Shown here piece after piece: positions 34,443-43,136 of a DNA stretch of 64,000 nt. Location: contig CAMAPH010000008.1 of assembly GCA_945859975.1 (NCBI GenBank), positions 16,121-80,120 of the forward strand, in the 5' to 3' direction. Every line of letters starts with the position of its first letter. Position 1 is the first letter of the stretch. The translations under genes and the position numbers were made by a program. The notes below the pieces were generated by a model. The model was not told the DNA's origin and did no database searches. It saw nothing but the letters and a program-made list of their open reading frames with translations. This DNA comes from Chthonomonas calidirosea. Its GTDB lineage: Bacteria; Armatimonadota; Fimbriimonadia; Fimbriimonadales; Fimbriimonadaceae.

Positions 34443-35579
34443 CTACTTCTTCCCGTTCAAGATCGCCTTGTACTCCGGCTGGGCCAGAAGTTCAAAGATC
34501 TTGTTGGCGCGAGCCGTCTTGGTGCTCATTCCTGGCGCGGTGACAATAAAGGTCGGCGTAGAATCCACTCCGAGCTTTGCCGCCGCATCCGCATCATCCG
34601 CAATTCTCTGGAACACCGGGTTCTTCGTGTCCGAGAGCGCCTTCTTCATTTCATCAGGATCAAGTCCGACCAATCGCGCCGCTCCAAAGAACGGTGCAGG
34701 CTCTTCCGGAATACTTCCGTTGAGTCCCTTCATCGTCGTCTCGATGAACTCGTAAAACTTGCCCTTTGTACCGGCATACTCCGCCGCTGCCGCGGCAAGT
34801 GGAGCCATCTTGTGCGAAGGGATCAAGAAGTGACGGTAAACCCACCGAACCTTGCCGGGGTACTTGTCCACAAACTCCGCAATCTTCGGCGAAGTCAACT
34901 GACACGACGGGCAGCAGATATCTGCAAACTCGACAATCGTGATCGGTGCATCCGCCTGGCCGTAAATGTACACGTCTTTCGGCACCAACTCAACCTGCCG
35001 AAGCGATGCATCTGGGACCGTCGAAACGTCGCCCAGAACCTTCTCCGCCATCTTGGTTTGCACCGTTAGACCGACCACACTCGCAATCGCGAGCCCAGCC
35101 AACAACGGAAGATTCTGCTTTGAAGCGAACTCGCCATCGGCGCCAGCAGGGCTAGAAACCTTCTGCCACATCAAAATGTGAACCACCAGCGAAATGACCA
35201 TCGCCACCGCCTGGGTGAAGCAATAAGGGCAAAACGCCTTGATCACCGTGAAGCTCACAAACTGGAGATAAACGCTAGCAATCGCGCCAAATCCCGTCAA
35301 CACGAGGCCGAATTGAACAAGACCCTTCTGTTGTCGAAGGTCTCCCGAGGCGCGACTGATGGCCAACGCCAAAATTGCCGCCCAACCAAGCGCCCCAACG
35401 AACGCAACCGGAAAAACGAGCCAATAAGCGCTAGTGTGATTCGAAACTTGCGAACAGCCGCCGCTCGCCCCACAGGGTAATTCGAGTTTTAGCAGCTTCT
35501 CAAGGCTGAGCAAAGCCGCAATGTAAAAACCGACAAATCCAAGGACAATGGAAATTCGGTTCAGGTTGATCGCCGTCAC
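34443..35579 (-). CDS. Vitamin K epoxide reductase (VKOR)-DsbA/thioredoxin fusion
   Basis: C....GC..V..H.SA and CPYC in the TM domain; ITIVEFAD..CPSC and GV.STPTF; GTG 35579 lies 6 nt after TATAAT. Confidence 0.88.
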   Translation of the reverse strand: MTAINLNRISIVLGFVGFYIAALLSLEKLLKLELPCGASGGCSQVSNHTSAYWLVFPVAFVGALGWAAILALAISRASGDLRQQKGLVQFGLVLTGFGAIASVYLQFVSFTVIKAFCPYCFTQAVAMVISLVVHILMWQKVSSPAGADGEFASKQNLPLLAGLAIASVVGLTVQTKMAEKVLGDVSTVPDASLRQVELVPKDVYIYGQADAPITIVEFADICCPSCQLTSPKIAEFVDKYPGKVRWVYRHFLIPSHKMAPLAAAAAEYAGTKGKFYEFIETTMKGLNGSIPEEPAPFFGAARLVGLDPDEMKKALSDTKNPVFQRIADDADAAAKLGVDSTPTFIVTAPGMSTKTARANKIFELLAQPEYKAILNGKK

Positions 35580-35639
35580 TGGATAATTATACGTTCGTGC
35601 AAGATAACGCCTCCGCGATGGTTCAACCTTAGAGGTATC

Positions 35640-37037
35640 GTGAACGTTCCAATGACAACGCTTTCCCCCCGCGATCTCCTCGCGCCAAAGGGACGGCCCG
35701 AACCGAGACCCGGCACCTATTTCATCCAAACCTGGGGGTGCCAAATGAACGAGGAAGACAGCGAGCAGATGGCGCTGTATCTCGAAGACCTCGGATTCAG
35801 CCCGGTCGACAGCGTGTGGGAAGCTCAAATTGTTCTGCTGAACACCTGCAGCGTTCGCAAAAAGCCCGAAGATAAAGCGTTCAGCCTCATGGGAGAACTC
35901 CGCTCGCTCAAGCGCTACAACCCAGATATGGTGCTCGGCGTCTGCGGCTGCATGGCCCAAACCCGCGCTAACGAAATCCGCCACCGAAACCCCCACGTCG
36001 ATTTCGTCCTCGGCACCGGAGACCTCGCCCTCCTCCCCGGCCTCGTCACCGAATCCCTCCAAACCCGCCGATTCCGAAAGCGAACCGAACTTCCCGAAAG
36101 AAAGGGCAAAGTCGTCACCGATATTCCCCGTCGCCACGTCGGCCGAACCGCGAAGTTAAAAGCCTTCGTCCCCATCCAGTACGGCTGTGATAAGTTCTGC
36201 ACCTATTGCATCGTTCCCAGCACCCGCGGTCGCGAGCGGAGCCGACCCACCGTCGAAATCCTCGAAGAAATCCAGAAACTCGCCGACCTCGGCACGAAAG
36301 AAATCACCCTCCTCGGCCAGACCGTCAACAGCTACGGCAAAAACTTGCTAGAAGGAAATGTCCAGTTCGCTCAGCTCCTCTGGAAAATCTCCGAAATCCC
36401 CGGCATCGAGCGAATCCGCTACACCTCCCCCTACCCCCGCGACTTTAGCCAGGAGCTCGTGGAAACCATCCGCGATTGCCCCGCCGTCATGGAGAACGTC
36501 CACCTGCCCATCCAAAGCGGAGACGACGAAGTTCTGCGCGAAATGCGGCGGGTCTACACCGTCGAGAGCTTCAAAGAAATCGCCACCCGAATCCGAGAAA
36601 CCGTCCCCGGCGTCACCTTCTCCACCGACATCATTGTCGGATTCCCCGGCGAAACCGAGGCACAGTTCGAAAGCACCTGCCAAGCCGTCCGCGACATCCG
36701 CTTCGATGCCGCCTTCACCTTCGCCTACTCCACCCGCCCCGGCACTCCCGCCGGTGACCGCAAAGACCAGATTCCGCGAGAAGAAAAACTCCGTCGCCTC
36801 GCCCACCTCATCGAAGTCCAAAACGACATCACCCGCGACATCAACATGGCGTATGTGGGCCAGGAGCTCGAAGTCCTGTTCGATTCCGCCTCGCCCAAGT
36901 GGCCCGGCACCATTCAGGGCTATTCCCGCGAGTTCAAACTCGTCCAAGTTCAAGGCTCCGAAGACCGAATCGGCCGGATCGCCAAAGTAAAAGTCACCGA
37001 ATCTCACCTTTGGGGTTTCAGCGGCACGCTCGTCTAA
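35640..37037 (+). CDS. miaB: tRNA-2-methylthio-N6-dimethylallyladenosine synthase
   Basis: TWGCQMN..DSE, NTCSVR, GCMAQ, CDKFCTYCIVP, SPYPRD, TRAM domain. Confidence 0.96.
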   Translation: MNVPMTTLSPRDLLAPKGRPEPRPGTYFIQTWGCQMNEEDSEQMALYLEDLGFSPVDSVWEAQIVLLNTCSVRKKPEDKAFSLMGELRSLKRYNPDMVLGVCGCMAQTRANEIRHRNPHVDFVLGTGDLALLPGLVTESLQTRRFRKRTELPERKGKVVTDIPRRHVGRTAKLKAFVPIQYGCDKFCTYCIVPSTRGRERSRPTVEILEEIQKLADLGTKEITLLGQTVNSYGKNLLEGNVQFAQLLWKISEIPGIERIRYTSPYPRDFSQELVETIRDCPAVMENVHLPIQSGDDEVLREMRRVYTVESFKEIATRIRETVPGVTFSTDIIVGFPGETEAQFESTCQAVRDIRFDAAFTFAYSTRPGTPAGDRKDQIPREEKLRRLAHLIEVQNDITRDINMAYVGQELEVLFDSASPKWPGTIQGYSREFKLVQVQGSEDRIGRIAKVKVTESHLWGFSGTLV

Positions 37038-37063
37038 ATAGACCCGGTACAGTTGGAGGCAGA

Positions 37064-37579
37064 ATGTCGCTGTTAAACGCAAAGATCGGCCTGCACGCCC
37101 CAGAAATCTTCAACGTCGTTGTAGAAATCCCTCGTGGTAGCACCAACAAGTACGAAGTCGATCCCGAAACCGGCCTCATGCACCTAGACCGGGTGCTGTA
37201 TTCCCCGCTGTTCTATCCGTTCGATTACGGCTACATTCCGCAAACGCATTACCTTGACGGCGACCCCCTCGACGCCCTCGTACTCCTCTCGCACCCCACC
37301 TTCCCCGGCTGCGTCATCGAAGTCGCCGCCATCGGCGTGCTCTACATGACCGACGACAAAGGCCCCGACGAGAAAATCCTCACCGTCGCCGTAAAAGACC
37401 CTCGCTACGGCTACCGCCGCTCCCTAACCCAACTCAACGACCACACGCTGAAAGAACTGCAGCACTTCTTCGAGGTCTACAAGCAGCTCGAAGAAAAGGC
37501 CGTCGAAATCCACGGCTGGCGCGAACGAGAAGACGCCCTCGGTCTCATCGAGAAGTACCGGACCGACCGAAGCGCCTAA
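37064..37579 (+). CDS. ppa: Inorganic pyrophosphatase, family I
   Basis: EIP.GS.NKYE, DRVL, YGYIP, DGDPLD, FFEVYK; GGAGG before ATG 37064. Confidence 0.96.
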   Translation: MSLLNAKIGLHAPEIFNVVVEIPRGSTNKYEVDPETGLMHLDRVLYSPLFYPFDYGYIPQTHYLDGDPLDALVLLSHPTFPGCVIEVAAIGVLYMTDDKGPDEKILTVAVKDPRYGYRRSLTQLNDHTLKELQHFFEVYKQLEEKAVEIHGWREREDALGLIEKYRTDRSA

Positions 37580-37632
37580 CCGCGCTGAGAAAGGTTAGAG
37601 CGCCCACGTTGAACTGAGATGGCCCATCTCCT

Positions 37633-38931
37633 ATGAACCAAACCTTTCACGACTGGCAGAGCCAAGCATGCCAAAGCGACGACGCTCTCAGCCTCATCCA
37701 AAGCGGAGCCAAAGTTTTCATCCACGGGGCAAGCGCCACGCCGATCCCCTTGGTCCAGGCCCTCACGCGTTACTCCGGTGCCGAGGAGGTCACCACCTAC
37801 CACCTCCACATCAACGGGGTCGAAGAACTCGGCTCGCCCGATGTTAGGCACATCCGGCCGGTCTCCCTTTTCACCGGCGCACATTTGCGAAAGCCCATCA
37901 ATCAGGGCTTTGCCGACCACGTCCCGATCTTCCTCTCCGATATTCCGAACCAGTTCTATTCGCGAAACATCGATCTAGACGTTGCCCTCGTGCAGCTTTC
38001 CCCGCCCGATCGCCATGGCTACTGTTCCCTCGGCACCAGCGTCGATGCTGCCCGCGCCGCCGTCGATACCGCGCGCATCGTCATCGCCGAGATCAATGAG
38101 CAGATGCCGCGAACCTTCGGGGCATCTGCCGTCCACTTCAGCAAGGTCGCAAAGTTCATCCACACCAATCGCCCCCTCGGCGCGCACTCCGTAAAACAGC
38201 CATCCGCCGTTGAAGCGCAAATCGGCGACATCGTCGCCGAGTTGGTGACCGACTGCGCAACCTTGCAAATGGGCATCGGCGGAATCCCCGACGCCGTTCT
38301 CTCCCGCCTCCACAACCGGCAAGATCTCGGCGTCCATACCGAAATGTTCTCCGACGGTTTGGTCGATCTGTACAACGCCGGCGCCATTACGAACGCCCGA
38401 AAGACCATCCACCCTGGCCGAATCACCACCAGCTTTGTCACCGGAACGCAGAAAGTCTTCGATTTCGTCAACGACAATCCGCTCGTGGAATTCCACCCCT
38501 GCGATCGCACGAACGACACCAGCCTGATCCGGAAAAACGATAGCGTCGTCGCCATCAACTCCGCACTCCAAATCGACCTCTCCGGCCAAGTCTGCGCCGA
38601 TTCCCTCGGCTACTCCATCTACTCCGGCATCGGCGGCCAAATGGACTTCATCCGCGGCGCTGCCCTCTCCCGCAACGGCAAACCCATCATCGCCCTCTCA
38701 TCCACCGCCGCCGGCGGCACCATCTCCCGAATCGTCGCCAGCCTAAGCGAAGGCGCGGGCGTCGTCACCACCCGCGGCCACGTCCACTATATCGTCACCG
38801 AATTCGGCGCCGTCAACCTCCACGGCAAGTCGCTCAGGCAAAGAGCCGAACTCCTAATCGGCATCGCCCATCCCGATTTTCGGAAAGAGCTCACCGACAA
38901 AATCAACCACGTCCGCTTCTTCCAGTTCTGA
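37633..38931 (+). CDS. Acetyl-CoA hydrolase/transferase (4-hydroxybutyrate CoA-transferase-like)
   Basis: SPPD.HGYCSLG, TLQMGIGGIP, HTEM, GIGGQMDF.RGA, VTEFG, IAHPDFR. Confidence 0.93.
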   Translation: MNQTFHDWQSQACQSDDALSLIQSGAKVFIHGASATPIPLVQALTRYSGAEEVTTYHLHINGVEELGSPDVRHIRPVSLFTGAHLRKPINQGFADHVPIFLSDIPNQFYSRNIDLDVALVQLSPPDRHGYCSLGTSVDAARAAVDTARIVIAEINEQMPRTFGASAVHFSKVAKFIHTNRPLGAHSVKQPSAVEAQIGDIVAELVTDCATLQMGIGGIPDAVLSRLHNRQDLGVHTEMFSDGLVDLYNAGAITNARKTIHPGRITTSFVTGTQKVFDFVNDNPLVEFHPCDRTNDTSLIRKNDSVVAINSALQIDLSGQVCADSLGYSIYSGIGGQMDFIRGAALSRNGKPIIALSSTAAGGTISRIVASLSEGAGVVTTRGHVHYIVTEFGAVNLHGKSLRQRAELLIGIAHPDFRKELTDKINHVRFFQF

Positions 38932-38995
38932 AATCGCCTCAATTGTGTCTTCGGTTCGGTGGCCGAGGAGGAGGGGATAGCGAAGAAGACAAGCC

Positions 38996-39194
38996 CGTTT
39001 GAACCCCCTCTCCACTCCGGTGGACGAGGGGGCAGGGGGTGAGGACACGCACTGCCGAAACTCGGAACGCAATTGCTCAGCGTCCAAGCCCCCTCCTTTC
39101 GTTTCCGAACGAGAGGAGGGGGGTGGAGAGTCGTTTGAACCCCCTCTCCACTCCGGTGGACGAGGGAGCAGGGGGAGAGGACGCACTGCCGAAA
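38996..39194. repeat. Tandem REP/BIME-like palindromic units (two ~64-nt copies with an intervening palindrome)
   Basis: CGTTTGAACCCCCTCTCCACTCCGGTGGACGAGGG.GCAGGGGG.GAGGAC..GCACTGCCGAAA at 38996-39060 and 39132-39194. Confidence 0.85.
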
Positions 39195-39224
39195 AGTTTC
39201 GCAGCACCACAACCTGTAATCGGC

Positions 39225-39500
39225 TCACTTTTCCCGCGACGCACGTGCTCGCCTACGGCAAAATTCCACATACTCCCAGACACCCCAGACCACTAGCAGC
39301 AAGACACCGTAAAACGCAGTTGAAAGCATTCTGTCGCGTACCATTTCCGGCGAAAAGCGCGCGAGTGCTCTCTCGCGGTACATAAAGAAGTCGAGCCATC
39401 TGCCGATATTCGCTAGAACTGTAAAAGGCACGAATACGCACGCAAACAACAGTACAAGCCGCCGAACTGAGTCGGCTCTGAACCTCACGTTAACAAGCAC
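39225..39500 (-). CDS. Small two-TM hypothetical protein
   Basis: 91-aa ORF with two hydrophobic segments and a basic tail. Confidence 0.55.
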   Translation of the reverse strand: MLVNVRFRADSVRRLVLLFACVFVPFTVLANIGRWLDFFMYRERALARFSPEMVRDRMLSTAFYGVLLLVVWGVWEYVEFCRRRARASREK

Positions 39501-39727
39501 CTTGAGTCATCGCAAATTTCGGCACTACACAAGAATGACATGCCCCAGATCCGTTGCTCTTTGGCAGCTTGAGATGTCAACGGTATAGGGCTCTTTCCGC
39601 AATCTACTATGCTTACGCTTTCACCCTCACTCTCGGCCGTCTCTTTCCCGTTCCGATCGAAGGTGTAAGTAGTAAGAACCGCCCGCGGAACAGAAGTCAC
39701 CATCCGCGACCCGGCATTGTTGTCCAT
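39485..39727 (-). pseudogene. Possible RHS/YD-repeat remnant
   Basis: DNNAGSRMVTS...LTTYTFDRNGKET resembles YD-repeat text; the 5' side is replaced by a REP-like repeat. Confidence 0.4.
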
Positions 39728-39751
39728 CGTAATTGGGCTCGAACAACGTCC

Positions 39752-40145
39752 GACCCCGGTAGGGGTCAAAGAAGGTAGCCAGGCATTGAAACTTCCTGGT
39801 GAGCCAACCCGACCCGCAAAAGTCCAAGTCGCCCCGCGACCCCCGCGCGGACTGAAACCACCGACCACGCTCACATTGTAAGGCAACTCCGGTCGGTTTA
39901 TGGAGTCAAATTCCAAAATCAAATCCGTACTTCAGAACGAAGCCGAACCAACCCGAACGCAGCCAAAGTAGCTCACTCGTCCCGAGTGAGTTCACCCAGC
40001 CAAATCTGGGCCCGAAGCCAAATCACCTGACCCCGTGAGGGGTCAAAGAAGGTAGCCAGGCATTGAAAATGCCTGGACCGCCAAACTGGCCCGGAAAATT
40101 CCACGGAGCAAAGCGACCCCCGCGCGGTCTGAAACTACCGACCAC
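39752..40145. repeat. Two 117-nt GTAG-type REP-like elements (39752-39868, 40029-40145)
   Basis: Shared GACCCC..AGGGGTCAAAGAAGGTAGCCAGGCATTGAAA...CCTGG and GCGACCCCCGCGCGG.CTGAAAC.ACCGACCAC. Confidence 0.85.
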
Positions 40146-40259
40146 CTTCCCATGGTAAGCCCAGGCATCCAACTGTGACGAGACAATTTTCAAAGTCAAC
40201 TCCGAACACAACGACATCGAAAGGGGCGTGCCCCAGCAACTCCGAATCCGTGGGTGTCA

Positions 40260-40997
40260 CTAGCCCTTGTGATCGACCACCACTAGCATACAAACTGCCG
40301 TTTTGCGAACTTCTGGGTCTACATCATCGAGCAACTTTGCAATCTCGAACCGCGTTTCAGGACCTCTGGTTGTAGCTAGAGCTTGGATTGCGTACCTCCT
40401 CACCTTTGCTGAAGGATGGGCGAGATGCGATACAACTGCCTTCCACCAAATTGTCGAATCAAACCGATACGATTGCAGCATGACGGCACACAACCCACTT
40501 AAAATATTGGGTTCCCTAGCTTCCTGCTCTAATATATCTACGACAAACTTGATATCAAACATCGAATGTTCTCGCGACATGGCGATGAGAACAGCGGCTC
40601 TTAGATGAGTATTGCGGATTGAAGAGTAGAACTGTAAAAGGCTTGAGTGCGAAGACTCGGAGTCAATCTCCCCGATAGCGCACAAAATTGACGCAAAAAA
40701 GATGCGGTCTCTTTCTTTGGGAAGCGTATTTTCGTCGCATTCTTCCGATTGAATGCGATTGGCCACGGACCAAGCTGAGTCTTCCAAGGCCCTAAGTCCC
40801 CGCCGACACCGAAGCGCACGAAGCATATTGAGACAGTACATCTGATCATCCGTTGCATCGCAAGAAGATCTGACTTCAGCTAACAGTAAGCCGCACACGG
40901 TGGACCTTGTAGGATGCTTTCGCCGCATCCTGTCTATAAAATCAAGTAACTCAGGACTCAACCCAATGTGTCGGTAGAACCTCATAGATTTGGTCAT
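40260..40997 (-). CDS. HEAT-repeat-containing hypothetical protein
   Basis: L.HPSAKVRRYAIQAL, LLDD.DPEVRKTA; lower GC than flanks. Confidence 0.7.
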   Translation of the reverse strand: MTKSMRFYRHIGLSPELLDFIDRMRRKHPTRSTVCGLLLAEVRSSCDATDDQMYCLNMLRALRCRRGLRALEDSAWSVANRIQSEECDENTLPKERDRIFFASILCAIGEIDSESSHSSLLQFYSSIRNTHLRAAVLIAMSREHSMFDIKFVVDILEQEAREPNILSGLCAVMLQSYRFDSTIWWKAVVSHLAHPSAKVRRYAIQALATTRGPETRFEIAKLLDDVDPEVRKTAVCMLVVVDHKG

Positions 40998-41208
40998 AGT
41001 CCATCTTCCGTTAGCTGTTTGATGATCCAGTCCGTCGTAGCCCGGGCCCTAGCCAAGCGCCCCGAACTCGTGATCGGTCGAACTGATGTCGCCTGCCTCG
41101 TTCCCATTGTAATCTAAGCTACAACACCTCGGGAACGCGTTGTAACCTGAGAAATTCCAGATGAGGCGAAAAAACCCGGAACGTCACCCAAGTCCACGGT
41201 CCCCAAAC

Positions 41209-41850
41209 CTACTTTGCCACCGTGCCCGCTGAGCGCGCTCCCGCGAGAAGCTCCTTGTATCGAGTCTCGGATAGAACCTTTTCCGAAAACGATCCACTTT
41301 CGATGACAGCCCGGAACCGCCGGATTTCATTGTCCAGAGAATCGTAAGCGGCCGATCTAAGCGCGGGTTCCGGCACTGCGATCCTCTGCAACCCATGAAT
41401 GACTTCTAAATGGCCCCATCGCTCGCTTAGGCAAGCGTCCGGAATGACAAGCTCCCTACAATTGACCTCTACCGAACTCAGCTTTTCGATCCAATCTAAG
41501 GCTACGACTCTAATAGCCTTGCCATCCGGGCGTTTTGCCCGCTCTCCTAATCCAATCGTCAAGATCATCCAGTCCGAGACCCAGGTCAAGTTTTGATTCG
41601 GATTCGTAGCGCCGATCCGATTCATATCTTCCAGCAGCCGAGTAACTGCGCGGACCACGTCCTCGTTTGATGCTTTCTTACTCCGGGCTAAGATAGAAGC
41701 CGCAATCTCATCTGGGACAAGCACTTTCGGTTTTTTGAGCTTAGTCACCGGGATCGACCGATTATCGTCTCCGGAAGATTGGCAACCCGCGGCAGAGATC
41801 ACCGCAAGACACGCACACCACAGAGTTGCCTTTAGCTTTGGCCGTACCAT
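41209..41850 (-). CDS. Hypothetical lipoprotein
   Basis: Lipobox-like SAAGC after a hydrophobic stretch; AAGGA SD upstream. Confidence 0.65.
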   Translation of the reverse strand: MVRPKLKATLWCACLAVISAAGCQSSGDDNRSIPVTKLKKPKVLVPDEIAASILARSKKASNEDVVRAVTRLLEDMNRIGATNPNQNLTWVSDWMILTIGLGERAKRPDGKAIRVVALDWIEKLSSVEVNCRELVIPDACLSERWGHLEVIHGLQRIAVPEPALRSAAYDSLDNEIRRFRAVIESGSFSEKVLSETRYKELLAGARSAGTVAK

Positions 41851-42287
41851 CTAGTCCTTTCCACACCCAACAGCAAAAGTCCGAGGACCACAGCACACCC
41901 CGTTCGGACGCAAACTGACAATCACAACCCCAGTGTAAATCAAATCTGGGCCCTTGACTTGGTCAAATTCCAGAGAGCAAATCCGAACCCCCGAACAAAC
42001 CCGAACGAACCCGAACCCAAAAAAGTTGGTTGACTTTCCGCCCCACCAGCACCTATAAGCTAGATGCAATCCAGCCACCCAGCAAGGCCACCGAAACCCG
42101 ATTCCGACGGATCCAAAGCGGCACGCGAAAAGTTAATTTACACTCGTCGCCAAGGCGGGAGCATTTATAAATAAATTCTCGGACCAAGAACCAGACCGCA
42201 GAATGCGGGCCCGCGACGTCCCACATTCGGATCGAAACCAACCCGAACTCCCGAACCAACCCGAACCTAAAACGACCTGTAATTAGT

Positions 42288-42319
42288 TAATCCGCCTGAG
42301 GGGGAACGTTAATTAATTC
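42288..42319 (+). repeat. Conserved 32-bp element, copy 1
   Basis: TAATCCGCCTGAGGGGGAACGTTAATTAATTC; inverted copy at 63968-64000. Confidence 0.75.
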
Positions 42320-42410
42320 GGCCGCACAGGCCCCAAAGAGCCACCCAAGGCCACTCAAAGCGCGAAGCTCAAGGCGCAAAGCTCAAAGCGCCGCCCCAAG
42401 GCCATACTAT

Positions 42411-43136
42411 TTGCCGATGACGGCAATAATCCCCGCCGCCGGGAAAGGCGTTCGAATGCAGGCCCTCACCGGTGGGCTGCCAAAGGAGCTGCTGCCGCTG
42501 GGCGGAAAGACCGTGCTCGGCCGGATCGTCGAAGAGGCACAAACCGTCGCCGAACGTGTCATCGTCGTATCCGCTCCCGATAAGCCGGAGATCGAAACCT
42601 GGGCCGATGAGAACGATGTCGAACTCGTTTACCAATACGAGCGGCACGGATTCGCCGACGCCGTCGCTTGCGCCGATGTCGAGGATGACGTCGTCGTCCT
42701 CCTCGGAGATTGCCCCTACCACGGCGGTTCGCCCCTGAAACGAATGACCAACATCGTTCTTCGCGGAATCGACGGCTGCATCGCCGTCGAAGAAGTGTCC
42801 GAAGAAGCCATGTCGCGCTACGGAATCACCGAAGTCAACGACTGGGGCGGCATCACGAACATTTTGGAAAAGCCGAAACCGGACCAAACCGCCAGCCGCT
42901 GGGCCATCGCCGCGCGCTACGCCTTTTCGATTCGGACAATGGCGCAAATCCAGCGCGTCGTCGCCGAGCAAAAAGCCGCTCGTCCCGGACAAGAAGTTGG
43001 ACTCACCGAAGTCATCGTAACCCTCATTAAGGAAGGAGCCGACTTCAAAGCCGCCGCCCTGCAAGACGGCCAACGCCGCGCCGATTGCGGAACGCCGAGC
43101 GAATACGAAGCCGCCCAGAGGTTGCGATGGAACTAA
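42411..43136 (+). CDS. Sugar-1-phosphate nucleotidyltransferase (GalU/NTP_transferase family)
   Basis: AIIPAAGKG.RM....PKELLP, G.ADAV, RYG, EKP, DCG. Confidence 0.88.
   Translation: MPMTAIIPAAGKGVRMQALTGGLPKELLPLGGKTVLGRIVEEAQTVAERVIVVSAPDKPEIETWADENDVELVYQYERHGFADAVACADVEDDVVVLLGDCPYHGGSPLKRMTNIVLRGIDGCIAVEEVSEEAMSRYGITEVNDWGGITNILEKPKPDQTASRWAIAARYAFSIRTMAQIQRVVAEQKAARPGQEVGLTEVIVTLIKEGADFKAAALQDGQRRADCGTPSEYEAAQRLRWN

Noticed and set aside
35580..36137. Long N-terminal extension of the VKOR ORF
   Set aside because: Overlaps miaB antisense; the real start fits GTG 35579 after TATAAT
38996..40145. Possible CRISPR array
   Set aside because: Only two copies per repeat, units of 64-117 nt, no regular unique spacers, no cas genes
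39225..41850. Possible integron cassette array
   Set aside because: No integrase in the window and no convincing RYYYAAC...GTTRRRY attC sites after the ORFs
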